From an uncultured cyanobacterium (lineage in GTDB: Bacteria; Cyanobacteriota; Cyanobacteriia; PCC-9006; JAAUQQ01): a stretch of DNA of 64,000 nt. Under the pieces are notes generated by a model that was given only the letters and a program-made list of their open reading frames with translations, did not search any database and was not told the DNA's origin. How positions within the stretch are numbered: position 1 is the stretch's first letter; each line of letters opens with the position of its first letter. Of the stretch, positions 20,856-31,187 are shown piece after piece. The stretch spans positions 160,001-224,000 of the forward strand of contig OY970368.1 in assembly GCA_963718615.1 (NCBI GenBank), read 5' to 3'. Both the position numbers and the translations under genes were made by a program.

Positions 20856-21294
20856 TGGATAGAAAAAAGGGTTGATACAGAGAAAACACGGGAAAGTTTT
20901 ACAGGTCTAGGTCTATCCAAAGTGATCTACGGAATTATCAGCGTGATTTCCTGAAAATTAGCGAGAAAGTATCCCGAAAAAACCAGGAAGCATCTGCAAT
21001 TGAGCGGCCTGTTGGCTTTCACCCATCAGCTTCATACGTTCCTGAGCCCCCATTGACCATTTGGCAGACTTCATGATTTACATCAAAGCGTTACAAAGAC
21101 TTCATAGAGATTTTGTTTGAACTGAATTTTTCAAGTGCTTTGTGACGTCCTGAAGCTGTTCTGATTGATGTCTGATTCAGTGGACACAAATCATAGAGGG
21201 GAAAGTTCGGCTTTATTCCGACTCGTCTTCAGAATTTTGCAGAACGTGAGAATTCGCATTTAATCGCAATAAAACAGTCGCAACCAATCGCAAC

Positions 21295-21322
21295 AAAAAA
21301 GCGACCCGCTATTCGGGTCGCT
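21295..21322 (-). terminator. pgk terminator
   Basis: A6-gcgacccg-ctatt-cgggtcgc. Confidence 0.7.
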
Positions 21323-21359
21323 ATCAAACCATCAAAATCAATCAATCCCTGTAGGTGCT

Positions 21360-22565
21360 TTAGGCTTCGTCAAGGGCCGCGATACCGGGCAGCTCTTTGC
21401 CTTCGAGCAGCTCTAAGCTCGCGCCACCCCCCGTCGAAATATGGCTCATTTGATCCGCAAGACCAAACTGCTCTACCGCTGCGACGGAGTCACCGCCACC
21501 AATAATCGTCGAGCAGCCACCAGGGGTTAAAGAGCCGAGCGTCTCCGCGACGCCACGGGTCCCTGCTTCAAATTTGGGAAACTCGAAGACGCCCATGGGT
21601 CCGTTCCAAATGACAGTTTTGCAATCCCCCAGCGCGGCCTGGAACGTCTTAATGGAGTCGGGTCCAATGTCCAAACCCATCCAGCCATCGGGAATGGCAT
21701 CGACGCTAACGGTTTGGGTGTTGGCTTCTTTGTCGAACTTGTCCGCAACGACCACGTCGGTGGGCAGCAGCAGCTCAACGCCATTTTTCTCAGCCAAGGC
21801 TGTCAGTTCCTTGGCCAAGTCAAGCTTGTCATCTTCTACCAGGGAGCTCCCCACGGAAATGCCGCGAGATTTGTAGAAGGTAAAGATCATGCCGCCGCCG
21901 AGGAAAAGCTTGTTGACTTTGCCCAGGAGGCTTTCGATCACGGTGATTTTGCTGGAGACCTTAGAACCGCCGACGATCGCCGCCAAAGGCCGTTCCGGTG
22001 CATCCACCGCTGCCTGCAAATACTTCAATTCTTTCTCGATCAGGAAACCAGCGACGCTGGGCGAGAGAAACTTAGTGACCCCTTCGGTGGAAGCGTGGGC
22101 GCGGTGGGCGGTGCCAAAGGCATCGTTGACATAGACATCCGCAACGGACGCGAGGGCCTGGGCAAACTCAGGGTCGTTGGCCTCTTCGCCCCCATGGAAG
22201 CGCACGTTCTCCAACAGGATGACATCACCATTGGCCATGGCATCCACTGCCGCTTTGACCGCGTCGCCAATGCAGTCGTCGGGCTTGGCCACGGGCTTGC
22301 CCAGCAGCTCCGAGAGGCGCTCGGCCACGGGGGTGAGGCGCATGCTCTCGACGACCTTGGCCTTGGGGCGACCGAAGTGGCTACAGAGAATCACTTTGGC
22401 GTCTTTGCTAATGAGATCTTGAATCGTGGGCAGGGCTGCGCGGATACGGGTGTCGTCGGTGATTTTCCCGGCGTCGTCCAGGGGCACGTTAAAGTCTGCC
22501 CGCATGAGGACGCGCTTACCGGCTAAATCGCTCGCAGAAAGATTTGCAACGGATTTTTTAGCCAC
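21360..22565 (-). CDS. pgk: phosphoglycerate kinase
   Basis: [41 protein letters not shown]. Confidence 0.98.
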   Translation of the reverse strand: MAKKSVANLSASDLAGKRVLMRADFNVPLDDAGKITDDTRIRAALPTIQDLISKDAKVILCSHFGRPKAKVVESMRLTPVAERLSELLGKPVAKPDDCIGDAVKAAVDAMANGDVILLENVRFHGGEEANDPEFAQALASVADVYVNDAFGTAHRAHASTEGVTKFLSPSVAGFLIEKELKYLQAAVDAPERPLAAIVGGSKVSSKITVIESLLGKVNKLFLGGGMIFTFYKSRGISVGSSLVEDDKLDLAKELTALAEKNGVELLLPTDVVVADKFDKEANTQTVSVDAIPDGWMGLDIGPDSIKTFQAALGDCKTVIWNGPMGVFEFPKFEAGTRGVAETLGSLTPGGCSTIIGGGDSVAAVEQFGLADQMSHISTGGGASLELLEGKELPGIAALDEA

Positions 22566-22748
22566 AGCAGCAGGTCTCCTAACATTTTATTAAGTCTTTA
22601 TACTCATTGTCTAATAAATCGGCACCAGGGCAATGGGGATTTTGGAGCGTAAAGTTTCGCGATTAAGGTCAAACCCAGAAAACCAGGACTGCTAGACTGC
22701 GGGAGAGAAGCTTTGGGGCATTTTGAGTCCACAGGGAGGAAATGGGAG

Positions 22749-23168
22749 ATGTTCACAACCGTTCTATTTCCAATTGATCAAAGCCGCGAGTCACGAGAAG
22801 CCGTGGATGTGGTGGTTCGGCTCGTACAGATCCATCAGAGTAAGCGGCTGGTGCTGCTGTCGGTGGTGGAGCCATCTGAGGAAAAGTCCACTGAGCCAGT
22901 TCGGGCGGAGGTGATGACGTCAGCGGAGGCGATCGCCGAACTCCTCACCCAAGCGAAACAACTCTTTTCTGAGCAGGGAATTACGGCGGAAATAGAGGAG
23001 CGGGAAGGAAAACCAGCCTTTGTGATTTGCGACTTGGCCGATGAAATAGGTGCCGATCTGATTGTCATGGGCTGTCGGGGCATTGGCCTCACGGAAGAGG
23101 GGGCGGCGGAAAGTGTCACCAATCGGGTGATTAATTTGGCTCCCTGTCCTGTTTTGGTGGTGCCTTAA
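22749..23168 (+). CDS. universal stress protein
   Basis: MFTTVLFPID, DLIVMGCRG, SVTNRVINLAPCPVLVVP. Confidence 0.9.
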   Translation: MFTTVLFPIDQSRESREAVDVVVRLVQIHQSKRLVLLSVVEPSEEKSTEPVRAEVMTSAEAIAELLTQAKQLFSEQGITAEIEEREGKPAFVICDLADEIGADLIVMGCRGIGLTEEGAAESVTNRVINLAPCPVLVVP

Positions 23169-23761
23169 TGATGGGGACTCTGCTGGGGGCTGCTGGGGGA
23201 GCCTTCCAGCAATTGTGGACGCCCATTCAAACGGCGCTTCAGCCGTTCTGGCCGCTGCTCAGTGCGGTTTTGCCTTGGGGGATTGGGGCGATCGCGCTCT
23301 ACGCGATCTGGAAAGGCATTGCGTGGCTGCTGCGATCGAGCCATCGTTCTCGTCCAGCGGTGAATAAAGCGCCTTTAGCGGAGCTCCAGCCGTTGCAGCA
23401 GCAGGGTTGGAAGTTTGAGCTGGGGAGTAGTGCGGAGACGGGCGATCGCCAGATTATCGCGCGATCGCCCCAGGGCAAAGCCTATTGCATCATTGTCAAG
23501 GCGGAGCGGGGCCGGATTGGCAGCGATGGCCGCACGGTGTTTCGGCTCTATGACCAATCGCGCCAGCCCTTTAGCTCAGACTTTATCCTTCAGACCAAGC
23601 AGCGAACCGCCAGGACCCAGCAGCGCTTGCACCTGCGCACAGCCGTAGTGCCAGTGTTGGCCTTTGCGGAGGCGGTGGTGGCGGTGGAACCCAGTCTGGT
23701 GGCAGGAGTCCATGTGGTTTCGGTAGCGGATCTGCGCAGAACCCTATTAACCCTCGGATAG
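23168..23761 (+). CDS. membrane-anchored hypothetical protein (possibly degenerate NERD-like)
   Basis: N-terminal TM helix; GDRQIIARSPQGKAYCIIVK; overlaps the USP stop codon. Confidence 0.55.
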   Translation: MMGTLLGAAGGAFQQLWTPIQTALQPFWPLLSAVLPWGIGAIALYAIWKGIAWLLRSSHRSRPAVNKAPLAELQPLQQQGWKFELGSSAETGDRQIIARSPQGKAYCIIVKAERGRIGSDGRTVFRLYDQSRQPFSSDFILQTKQRTARTQQRLHLRTAVVPVLAFAEAVVAVEPSLVAGVHVVSVADLRRTLLTLG

Positions 23762-23789
23762 GGGCCGATTCACTCAGGACTTATTTAAC

Positions 23790-24362
23790 TCAGGACTGAT
23801 TCAGGACACCGGGCCAGTTTTGGTTGGCCTTGGCAATATTGCCTGCAATATCCTTAGCCCATTTTTGCTGGATGTTGTTGTCGTAATTCAGATAGAGCTT
23901 GCCGTCAACAATCTTCCAGGCCGTCGGGTCCACTTCCGCCGTGTAGCCCTGACTCACCGCCCAGGCGCAGAAGCCGCCGTACTGGGGCGCATAGGCTTCA
24001 GGATTGCTGGCAAATTGGTCCCGGTGCTCGGCGGTGGCAAACTGCCAGGTCACCCCGTTCCATTCCTGGGTGAATTCAGCGCTGCCTGGAACATAGGTCC
24101 CCTCGGTAAAGTAGGCGACGGGGTCTGCACCGCGAATGGCAATGCCTTTTTCAGCAAAGTAGCTGGGCGTCGCCGATGGCGCGCCACTGGCAACCGTTGT
24201 TGCGGGAGCACCTGCCGATGAACCCGCTGAGCTGGCGGAACTACCGCCGCTTTGGACACTACAACTGGTGAGGAGTAGGAGGCTGAGACTGCCGAGGAGT
24301 AGCAAACGGCGAGAGGCGGTTTTCACCTGGGATTGAGAGAAGTGTTGAGGTCTAAGACTCAT
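23790..24362 (-). CDS. YHS-domain lipoprotein
   Basis: LLLLTSC lipobox; AIRGADPVAYF, YAPQYGGFCAWAV, AWKIVDGKLYLNY. Confidence 0.85.
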   Translation of the reverse strand: MSLRPQHFSQSQVKTASRRLLLLGSLSLLLLTSCSVQSGGSSASSAGSSAGAPATTVASGAPSATPSYFAEKGIAIRGADPVAYFTEGTYVPGSAEFTQEWNGVTWQFATAEHRDQFASNPEAYAPQYGGFCAWAVSQGYTAEVDPTAWKIVDGKLYLNYDNNIQQKWAKDIAGNIAKANQNWPGVLNQS

Positions 24363-24449
24363 GGTTGCGAAACCCTTCATGGGCGCTGAAATGATGTTGT
24401 TTCTGTTGTAATGCCCTTGCCTTAAAAACGCCTGAGAGAAAGATAGGAA

Positions 24450-24728
24450 TTGGGAAAGACAACGATGGGTATTGAAGTTGTTTCCCCCGGCGACCAAACC
24501 TCAGACAATTACCAGCGGGATTATGTTCGCAAACGCCGAGAGTATGGGCTGCGAGGGGGTTTAGAGTATTCGATTGTGGATCCAAGTTGTGAGGTTGTGT
24601 TGGTTTTGGCGCTGGAAAGGGCGGCTTACCGTGGGGTTGGAACATTTTGCGGGACAGAGCGTTTGGTGTCGCCGAGTTTTGAGGGGCTGGCGTTGACGAC
24701 GGAGCAGGTGCTGCGGGCAGGGCGGTGA
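24450..24728 (+). pseudogene. Uma2-family endonuclease, C-terminal fragment
   Basis: IEVVSPG...RDYVRKRREY...EYSIVDP; the N-terminal half is missing. Confidence 0.7.
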
Positions 24729-24854
24729 CTGCGACAAAACATACAAAAATTCGTTTAGATTGGGTACACTATATTCAGTGATTCACCCCATCACAGAATC
24801 AAACATAAGGTATTATGAGCTCAAAATGACTTCTGTGGTTGGGCAGGCATCATC

Positions 24855-25145
24855 TTGAGATTCAAGTTCAAGAGGAAGAAAATAGAAGCTCTCTATACCG
24901 AGGAGAAGAATGCCCACAAGTATCCGAATGTCATAGACGATTTCTTTGATGCGATGAGTGCCATTGATGCAGCCAAGGATGAGCGCGATCTATACGCATT
25001 GAAAGGGTTTCATTTTGAAAAGCTTAAAGGGCGGCAAGGAGAGCGCTCCCTAAGGCTTAACAAACAATGGCGATTAATCGTTTCGCTAGAGGAAGATGAA
25101 GATGGGTCATATCTCCTGATCATTGATATTGAAGACTATCACTGA
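24855..25145 (+). CDS. higB: HigB/RelE-family toxin (plasmid maintenance killer type)
   Basis: FHFEKLKG...SLRLNKQWRLI...DIEDYH. Confidence 0.88.
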   Translation: MRFKFKRKKIEALYTEEKNAHKYPNVIDDFFDAMSAIDAAKDERDLYALKGFHFEKLKGRQGERSLRLNKQWRLIVSLEEDEDGSYLLIIDIEDYH

Positions 25146-25172
25146 ATTTAAGGACCTACGAGGGGGAGAAGC

Positions 25173-26267
25173 ATGAGCCAAACATTAGCACCAGCAAGGG
25201 TTTCGCCGCCCGGACGTATTTTAAGCCGGGAGATTGAAGCTAGAGGATGGACCCAAAAAGATTTGGCTGAAATCATGGGTCGACCTCATCAAACTATTAA
25301 TGGAATTGTAAAGGGCAATAAGCAAATTACGCCAGAGACGGCGATCGAACTGGCCGAAGCGCTAGGAACTTCTGCTGAGTTTTGGACAAACTTAGAAGCA
25401 AAGTACCGCCTGCATATTGTCCAGAAAGAACTTCGAAATGCGGAAAGAAATAGTGAAATATTTCGCAGAAGCCGTTTGTATACTTTTGCGCCAGTAGCCG
25501 AGATGATTAAGCGGTGCTGGCTTCCCCCTAGTGATTCCATAGACGAATTAGAGGAGAAAGTTTGTCATTTTTTCGGCATTAGCCAAGTCGAAGAGTTTCC
25601 TCAGCTTGCAATCAATTTCCGGCAGTCGGGGAATCGAGATCCCAAGACTCAGGCACAAATGACCTGGGCTAAGAGGGTTGAAAATATTGTGCAGGGACAA
25701 AAGATTCCTGCTTTTGATCGAGCTAGCTTAGAAGCAGCTATTCCCGACATTTTGACTTGTGCTGCGGATGCAGAAGATATTGCGCTTGTCCCCCCCAAGC
25801 TACTATCCCTGGGAATTCATTTCGCAATTGTCCCTCATTTAGAAAGAACCTATTTAGATGGTGCTGCCTTTTACCTTGAAGATGCTCCCGTTATTGCACT
25901 CACGTTACGACATAAGCGCATCGATAACTTCTGGTTTACTCTGATGCATGAGTTAGGTCATATTGTGGCAGGACATCAAGGTCGCTATCTTGATGATATG
26001 GAGAATCTCGAAGTGGAAGAAGAAGAGGAAGAAGCCAATCGGCTCGCTACTAGTTGGTTGTTAGATAGCGCTGAAGTTGAACGATTTGTTCTTAAGAATC
26101 AGCCTTATTTTTCTTCAACAAAAGTTCAGAATTTTGCGATATCTCAGGATCGTCACCCAGGCATATTAGTGGGACGTTTACATCAAAAGAAAGTAATTTC
26201 CTACAGGAACCATAAGAAGTTCTTGGTCAAGATTGATCAGTATCTTACTGATTACATTTATCCATAG
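25173..26267 (+). CDS. higA: HigA antitoxin (HTH) fused to ImmA/IrrE-type metallopeptidase
   Basis: PPGRILSREIEARGWTQKDLA HTH; FWFTLMHELGH (HEXXH). Confidence 0.88.
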   Translation: MSQTLAPARVSPPGRILSREIEARGWTQKDLAEIMGRPHQTINGIVKGNKQITPETAIELAEALGTSAEFWTNLEAKYRLHIVQKELRNAERNSEIFRRSRLYTFAPVAEMIKRCWLPPSDSIDELEEKVCHFFGISQVEEFPQLAINFRQSGNRDPKTQAQMTWAKRVENIVQGQKIPAFDRASLEAAIPDILTCAADAEDIALVPPKLLSLGIHFAIVPHLERTYLDGAAFYLEDAPVIALTLRHKRIDNFWFTLMHELGHIVAGHQGRYLDDMENLEVEEEEEEANRLATSWLLDSAEVERFVLKNQPYFSSTKVQNFAISQDRHPGILVGRLHQKKVISYRNHKKFLVKIDQYLTDYIYP

Positions 26268-26349
26268 AACTCTGATAGGCATAGAATTCTAAGCCATGTT
26301 GTTCATCCTCATCGTGGGAATAAGGTCAAGCAAAGACTTTGGAGAAAAG

Positions 26350-27780
26350 TTAGGGTTCCAAAATTCGCAATCGCCGCAGAATTAGCTGACTCACCCGCTC
26401 TTGGCGCGTTTCAATATCCGCGCGACCTTCCAAACCGGGCTGAATCGGACAGGTCAAACTACCGCTGGTCAAAACCGTTTGCTCTGGCTCCAGGGTGACG
26501 CGGTAGGCGCGGGTGTCGCCCTGGGGTTCGGTGTCTGGGGCGATCGCCCTCACCCGACTGGGCAGCGTCCCAAAATCCGTATAGGGACAGGCCGAGATCC
26601 GCACCTGAGCCGCTTGATTCAACTGAACCTGATTAATATCCTCCGCTGACACCCAAGCCTGAATCTCCAGGGATGCCGCCTTGGGCAAAATCTCCACGAG
26701 TAAATCCCCTGGCTGAACCGTCTGACCTGCATTGCGCAGGTTAATCGCCTGGACGACCCCATCGATAGGACTGCGGAGCGATCGCCGTTCCCGTTCTTCC
26801 TCAATCCGCGCCAGCATCTGCATCGCCGTTTGCTGCTGGGCTAGGCGTTCGCTCTGCTGCTGCTGGAGTTCCTGCTGTTGCTGTTGGAGCTGGGCCAGGC
26901 GAGTTTGGACCTGAACCTGGGCTTGGGCAATGTTAGTTTGAGCGATGTCTAGGGAGGCGCTGCTGGGGTGGAGTTGGGCCTCTAGGCTGAGGAGCTGGGC
27001 TTGGGCACGCTGCAACTCGGCCTGTTTGTTGCGGACCTGTTGCTGGGCGATCGCCCCTGCATCCGCCAGCCCCTGCAATCGCCTCAGCTCATCGCTCAAC
27101 ACCGTCACATCGGTCTTGGCAATCTCAAACTGCGCCTGACGCTGAATCTGTTCCTCCCCATAGCGCTGCTGACTGAGCCGCTGTTCCGCTTGGGCCTGGT
27201 TCAAGGCCAGCGACCCCTGGGCCAATTCCGTTTGAATTTGCAGATTGAGCGCTTGGATTTGCAGATCGCCCTGACGCCGCTGGGCGGTGAGTTGCTGAAG
27301 CAAGGTTTGCTGTTGCTGCTGCTGGAGTTGGAGGTCGCGATCGTCCAGTCGCAACAACACATCCCCCTTTTTGACCGTAGCGTAGGGTTGGACCATGAGG
27401 TCGGCGATCGTACCGGGGATTTCGCTTTGGATTTGGTAGAGTTCGCCGCTGGGCCGGACGACAGCTGGCGCTTTGATGGTCGTGCGGTAGGGGGTAAATT
27501 GGACCGAAACGAAGGCAGCGGTAAGGGTGCCCAGGAGGGCGATCGCCCCCCCACTCATCCAACCCCTAACCTGGGGCAGGAGCAACTCCGACGACAACAT
27601 CGGCAAGCTTCCCGGCTGGGGCAGTTTTTCCCAGGGAGATGACGCTTGGGCAGGCGCTTCCGGCGGCAGCTTACCGCGCGATCGCAGCCCAGTGGGCCGT
27701 TGATTGGGCCGTTGATTTTTAGGAGAGGACTTGGGGCGCTGGGCGGGGGGCTGGGAAGAAGCAGAATTAGCCGGAGTCAT
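26350..27780 (-). CDS. HlyD family secretion membrane-fusion protein
   Basis: TM helix, lipoyl half VKKGDVLLRLD, long Q-rich coiled coil, RSPIDGVV, ISACPYTDFGTL. Confidence 0.9.
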   Translation of the reverse strand: MTPANSASSQPPAQRPKSSPKNQRPNQRPTGLRSRGKLPPEAPAQASSPWEKLPQPGSLPMLSSELLLPQVRGWMSGGAIALLGTLTAAFVSVQFTPYRTTIKAPAVVRPSGELYQIQSEIPGTIADLMVQPYATVKKGDVLLRLDDRDLQLQQQQQQTLLQQLTAQRRQGDLQIQALNLQIQTELAQGSLALNQAQAEQRLSQQRYGEEQIQRQAQFEIAKTDVTVLSDELRRLQGLADAGAIAQQQVRNKQAELQRAQAQLLSLEAQLHPSSASLDIAQTNIAQAQVQVQTRLAQLQQQQQELQQQQSERLAQQQTAMQMLARIEEERERRSLRSPIDGVVQAINLRNAGQTVQPGDLLVEILPKAASLEIQAWVSAEDINQVQLNQAAQVRISACPYTDFGTLPSRVRAIAPDTEPQGDTRAYRVTLEPEQTVLTSGSLTCPIQPGLEGRADIETRQERVSQLILRRLRILEP

Positions 27781-30700
27781 GTCTTCGTCTCGGGGAGGCG
27801 CGCTGCACAGCTCGGTGCAGCGGTAGCCCTAGAGGATAGAGGATGGGAAGAAGGCGTTAAGACAACCTGACTCTGAGCATTAAGGCTCCACCCTTGCGCT
27901 TCTTGCAGCGTAGAGGATGGAACCCCTGGGACATCGGTAGATGCAGACGCAGTGCGTGAATCTTGCCAGAGGGAACCCGCGTTGAGGGTCGCCTGAGGAT
28001 TCGTCGGTAAGCCACCCCGGCCCGTAGTCACAAAGGTTCCCTGAGTAGCTTGACCACACTGAGCCACAATTTGCTGGTTGGCATCCACCAGCTGATCCGG
28101 CAGCTCCGGGAGAGACTGACTGGGGTCGATACCGGGGGTCTCTAGCTCAACGGTGCCGTCAAACTGAGCGCCAAGGCCAGAGCTGGCAGTGATATCGCTA
28201 TTTGGGGTTAATTGTTCCCGGAATTGAATGCCAAATATCCGCTGGGCCGCAATCTCGACCTGTCCGCCAAAATTGCTGGCGGCATTGGCCGTAATATCGC
28301 TATTTTCATCAGCAGGGGCGATTAGAAATCCAGTCTTGATTTGGATATTCCCCCCGGTGGCATCGCCCTGGGCATCGGTGTAGATGCGGCTGCCGTTGCG
28401 GAGGACCAGCAGATTCGAGAGCAAGGCAATGTTGCCCTGATCGCCTCCGGCACTGCCAGCGGTCAACGTACTGTGGTCAAGACTAATAATGTCTGCAGTG
28501 AGATTTAGGCTACCTGCCGATCCATTGCCCGGTGGCAGCAAACCCTGGCTTTGAAAATTGCTGGCGCTAATGGTTGCCCCGGTCTGTAGGCTCAGATCGC
28601 GGGTCTCGACAGTTACCGTCCCTCCATTACCGGTTCCCAGAATGGCGTTGGCAAACAAACCGCTCCGACCATTGGCCGTTCCACCGCCGACCAATTCAAT
28701 CCGATCCTGAGCCCGAACGATCAGATCACCGGCATTGCCTGCACCTAAGGTACTGACCGCAATTTGCCCACCTCCAGTTATCTGCAATTGGTTCGTTTCC
28801 ACGATGAGCTGTCCCCCGTTGCCCGTCGCGTTGGGCTGGACGAGGGCAAACAAGCCGCTGGGAGAAGCATCGTCGGGGCTGACGCCGTCGATCTGAATTT
28901 GGTTGGCTTGGACAAGGAGCTGTCCGCCATCACCGCTGCTGAACGTACTGACTGCGGCTCTGGCTCCCCCGGTGATCTGAAGGGTGTCTGTGTCGATCTT
29001 GAGCATGCCGCCGGAGCCGGTAGCATTGCCTTGAGCCTGGGCAAACAGGCCGCTGAGATTATCGGTATTCCCCAGACCGGTGAGAACAACAGCACGGGCT
29101 TTAATGTCTAAGACTCCGCCTTGGCCTGCACCGTAGGTACTCACAGAAACCGTGCCACCGTTGAGGGCCGTGAGCTGATCAACCGTAAGATGAACCTCAC
29201 CGCCATTGCCGCTACCGTAGGTTTGGGAAAAGATGCCGCTGGGAGAATCGACGATGGATAACCCTTCGAGTTTGACCCGGTCAGCGGTGATATTGATGGA
29301 GCCGGAATTGCCGGAGTCGAGGGCGATCGCCGCAATATTCCCCCCATCCGTCAACCCAAGCTCAGGCGTCTTCACCGAAATATCTCCCCCGGCCCCCGTA
29401 GCAAAGGCATAGGAAAATAATCCACTGGGAACCCCCTGGGCGCTGGTTCCCAATATATGCAGATATTCGCTGGCGTCTATCCGGAGGGGACTAGCCTGTC
29501 CTGGGCCGGCACTGTAGCTCAAAAGCGTCGCCCCATCCCGCAGATTCATCCGCTGAGTTGCAATCTCAACACCGGCTGCGCTACTGGGAGAAAAAACGCT
29601 GCTAAAAATTCCACTACCAAAGTTTTCCAGGTCGATTTGGTCTGCTTCGATTCGCAGCAAACCTGCCGTGCCTAAATCATAGGTATTGACAGTCAAGACT
29701 CCACTTTGCTGCAGCGTGAGCTGCGGGGTTTTCACCAAAATCGAACTGCCTTGCCCCGCTGCACCGAACTCCACGTCCGCGCGAATAAAGCTGAATTGGC
29801 CTTGACCTTGACCAATGAGCGTCAATGCTTCGTTGGCCGTAATTGAAATTTGTCCCCCTGGTGTACTGCTCGTGCCGCCGGTTGTGTTGCTGACCAAACC
29901 GCTGCCTTCCAGCAGCGCGATGCGGTTGCCTTGGAGGGAAATGGAACCGGGGCGATCGCCCGACACATCCCCCGAGGCTTGCCGCAAGGTAATATTGCCC
30001 AAAGCTTGACCGGGCTGGGGGCCCTGGGTCAAATCTAGGGAGCCATCGGACAAGGCCCAAAGATTCAGCGTTCCGCTTGGGGCTGTTAAATTTCCGCCCA
30101 CCAAATCGATATTGGGGGCAGCCAGCAGCAATGTCTTTCCGGCAGCTACGGCTAACCCCTCGGGACGGTTGGAGCGATCGAGAATAAAAAACTGAGGATC
30201 GGTACTGTATTGATTGCCCGTGCCTGCCACTTGAATTAATCCAGCGTTAGGGTCGGTAATCGGGGAATTGGCGCTGGAGCCGAACTGGAGACCGACGGGG
30301 GTGCTGACGGTGAGGAGATTGGGGGGTTGGGGGGCGATCGCACTAAATTCGCTGCCATCGCTCAAGGTCAAACCAGATGCCGTACTGGCGTAAAAACTGC
30401 CCCCTAACTGAAGGGATGCATTGGGGCCAAACAGAATCCCAGCCGGATTAATCAAAAAGAAATCCGCTGTACCGTCGGCCCGAATCTTTCCATCCAAACG
30501 AGATGCCGTACCGCCCGTAACGCGGCTCAAAATGGCGGCTAATCCAGAGGCATTTTGGAAATAAACCGTTTCGTTAGTTCCCAGAGAAAACTGCTCAAAG
30601 CTATGCAATCGCCGATTGTCCAGCAAGGTCCCCCCCTCAATGCAGTAGGTAACGGCACAACTGCTGTTGAGCTGAGTCCCTGCGGTTGAGTCCGGAATGA

Positions 30701-30803
30701 TCTGGGCTTGAACCGGTGCAATCCACTGGCTTGCCAGCAGAACTCCGCCCGTCAATCCGGACTTGAGCGGTAGGCGAGGGAAACCGGTGTGAAGCAGACG
30801 CAT
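27777..30803 (-). CDS. filamentous-haemagglutinin N-terminal (TPS) domain exoprotein
   Basis: Signal peptide ..VQAQIIPD, LHSFEQFS, RVTGG, FFLINPAGILFGPNA; Gly/Ser beta-helix repeats; FVTTGRGGLP..QEAQGW tail. Confidence 0.88.
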   Translation of the reverse strand: MRLLHTGFPRLPLKSGLTGGVLLASQWIAPVQAQIIPDSTAGTQLNSSCAVTYCIEGGTLLDNRRLHSFEQFSLGTNETVYFQNASGLAAILSRVTGGTASRLDGKIRADGTADFFLINPAGILFGPNASLQLGGSFYASTASGLTLSDGSEFSAIAPQPPNLLTVSTPVGLQFGSSANSPITDPNAGLIQVAGTGNQYSTDPQFFILDRSNRPEGLAVAAGKTLLLAAPNIDLVGGNLTAPSGTLNLWALSDGSLDLTQGPQPGQALGNITLRQASGDVSGDRPGSISLQGNRIALLEGSGLVSNTTGGTSSTPGGQISITANEALTLIGQGQGQFSFIRADVEFGAAGQGSSILVKTPQLTLQQSGVLTVNTYDLGTAGLLRIEADQIDLENFGSGIFSSVFSPSSAAGVEIATQRMNLRDGATLLSYSAGPGQASPLRIDASEYLHILGTSAQGVPSGLFSYAFATGAGGDISVKTPELGLTDGGNIAAIALDSGNSGSINITADRVKLEGLSIVDSPSGIFSQTYGSGNGGEVHLTVDQLTALNGGTVSVSTYGAGQGGVLDIKARAVVLTGLGNTDNLSGLFAQAQGNATGSGGMLKIDTDTLQITGGARAAVSTFSSGDGGQLLVQANQIQIDGVSPDDASPSGLFALVQPNATGNGGQLIVETNQLQITGGGQIAVSTLGAGNAGDLIVRAQDRIELVGGGTANGRSGLFANAILGTGNGGTVTVETRDLSLQTGATISASNFQSQGLLPPGNGSAGSLNLTADIISLDHSTLTAGSAGGDQGNIALLSNLLVLRNGSRIYTDAQGDATGGNIQIKTGFLIAPADENSDITANAASNFGGQVEIAAQRIFGIQFREQLTPNSDITASSGLGAQFDGTVELETPGIDPSQSLPELPDQLVDANQQIVAQCGQATQGTFVTTGRGGLPTNPQATLNAGSLWQDSRTASASTDVPGVPSSTLQEAQGWSLNAQSQVVLTPSSHPLSSRATAAPSCAARLPETKT

Positions 30804-30898
30804 AGATTTGAGGTAGGAAGACTCAGCTTAAGGATTCCCAAAGTTTGGGGTGCTCCAACGCTGACAGAGATTCAGCTGACAGAGATTCAAATGTCCGT

Positions 30899-30921
30899 CT
30901 GCGGAGAAACACTCTCCGCAG
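30899..30921. terminator. hairpin downstream of precursor peptide genes
   Basis: ctgcggaga-aacac-tctccgcag perfect 9-bp stem. Confidence 0.5.
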
Positions 30922-30974
30922 GAGATCTTTTCTAGACGACTTTCCTGGACGACTTTTCCAAAGGACAGATTTAC

Positions 30975-31187
30975 TTAAGTGTTTTGATCGACCTGAGTAT
31001 TACAATCCAAACCACCGGTTGTGCTCAATCCACCACCACCGCCACCGCTGCCACCACCAAAGGGCCAAATCGGAGGCCAACCGCCCTGAGCGTTTTCTTG
31101 GTCTTCTTCCGAGAGCTCCGTCCACAGTTCAGCTTGGGGAGGCTCGGAAGGCTGAGATTGCTTTTTTTTGTTTTTGTTCCAATTCAT
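30975..31187 (-). CDS. double-glycine leader precursor peptide A
   Basis: Leader ...ELWTELSEEDQENAQGG; core WPPIWPFGGGSGGGGGGLSTTGGLDCNTQVDQNT; adjacent to a C39 transporter. Confidence 0.8.
   Translation of the reverse strand: MNWNKNKKKQSQPSEPPQAELWTELSEEDQENAQGGWPPIWPFGGGSGGGGGGLSTTGGLDCNTQVDQNT

Noticed and set aside
21714-22526. Long antisense ORFs over pgk, ileS (40767-41594) and guaA (54089-54913)
   Set aside because: Typical codon-bias shadows of conserved GC-rich genes.
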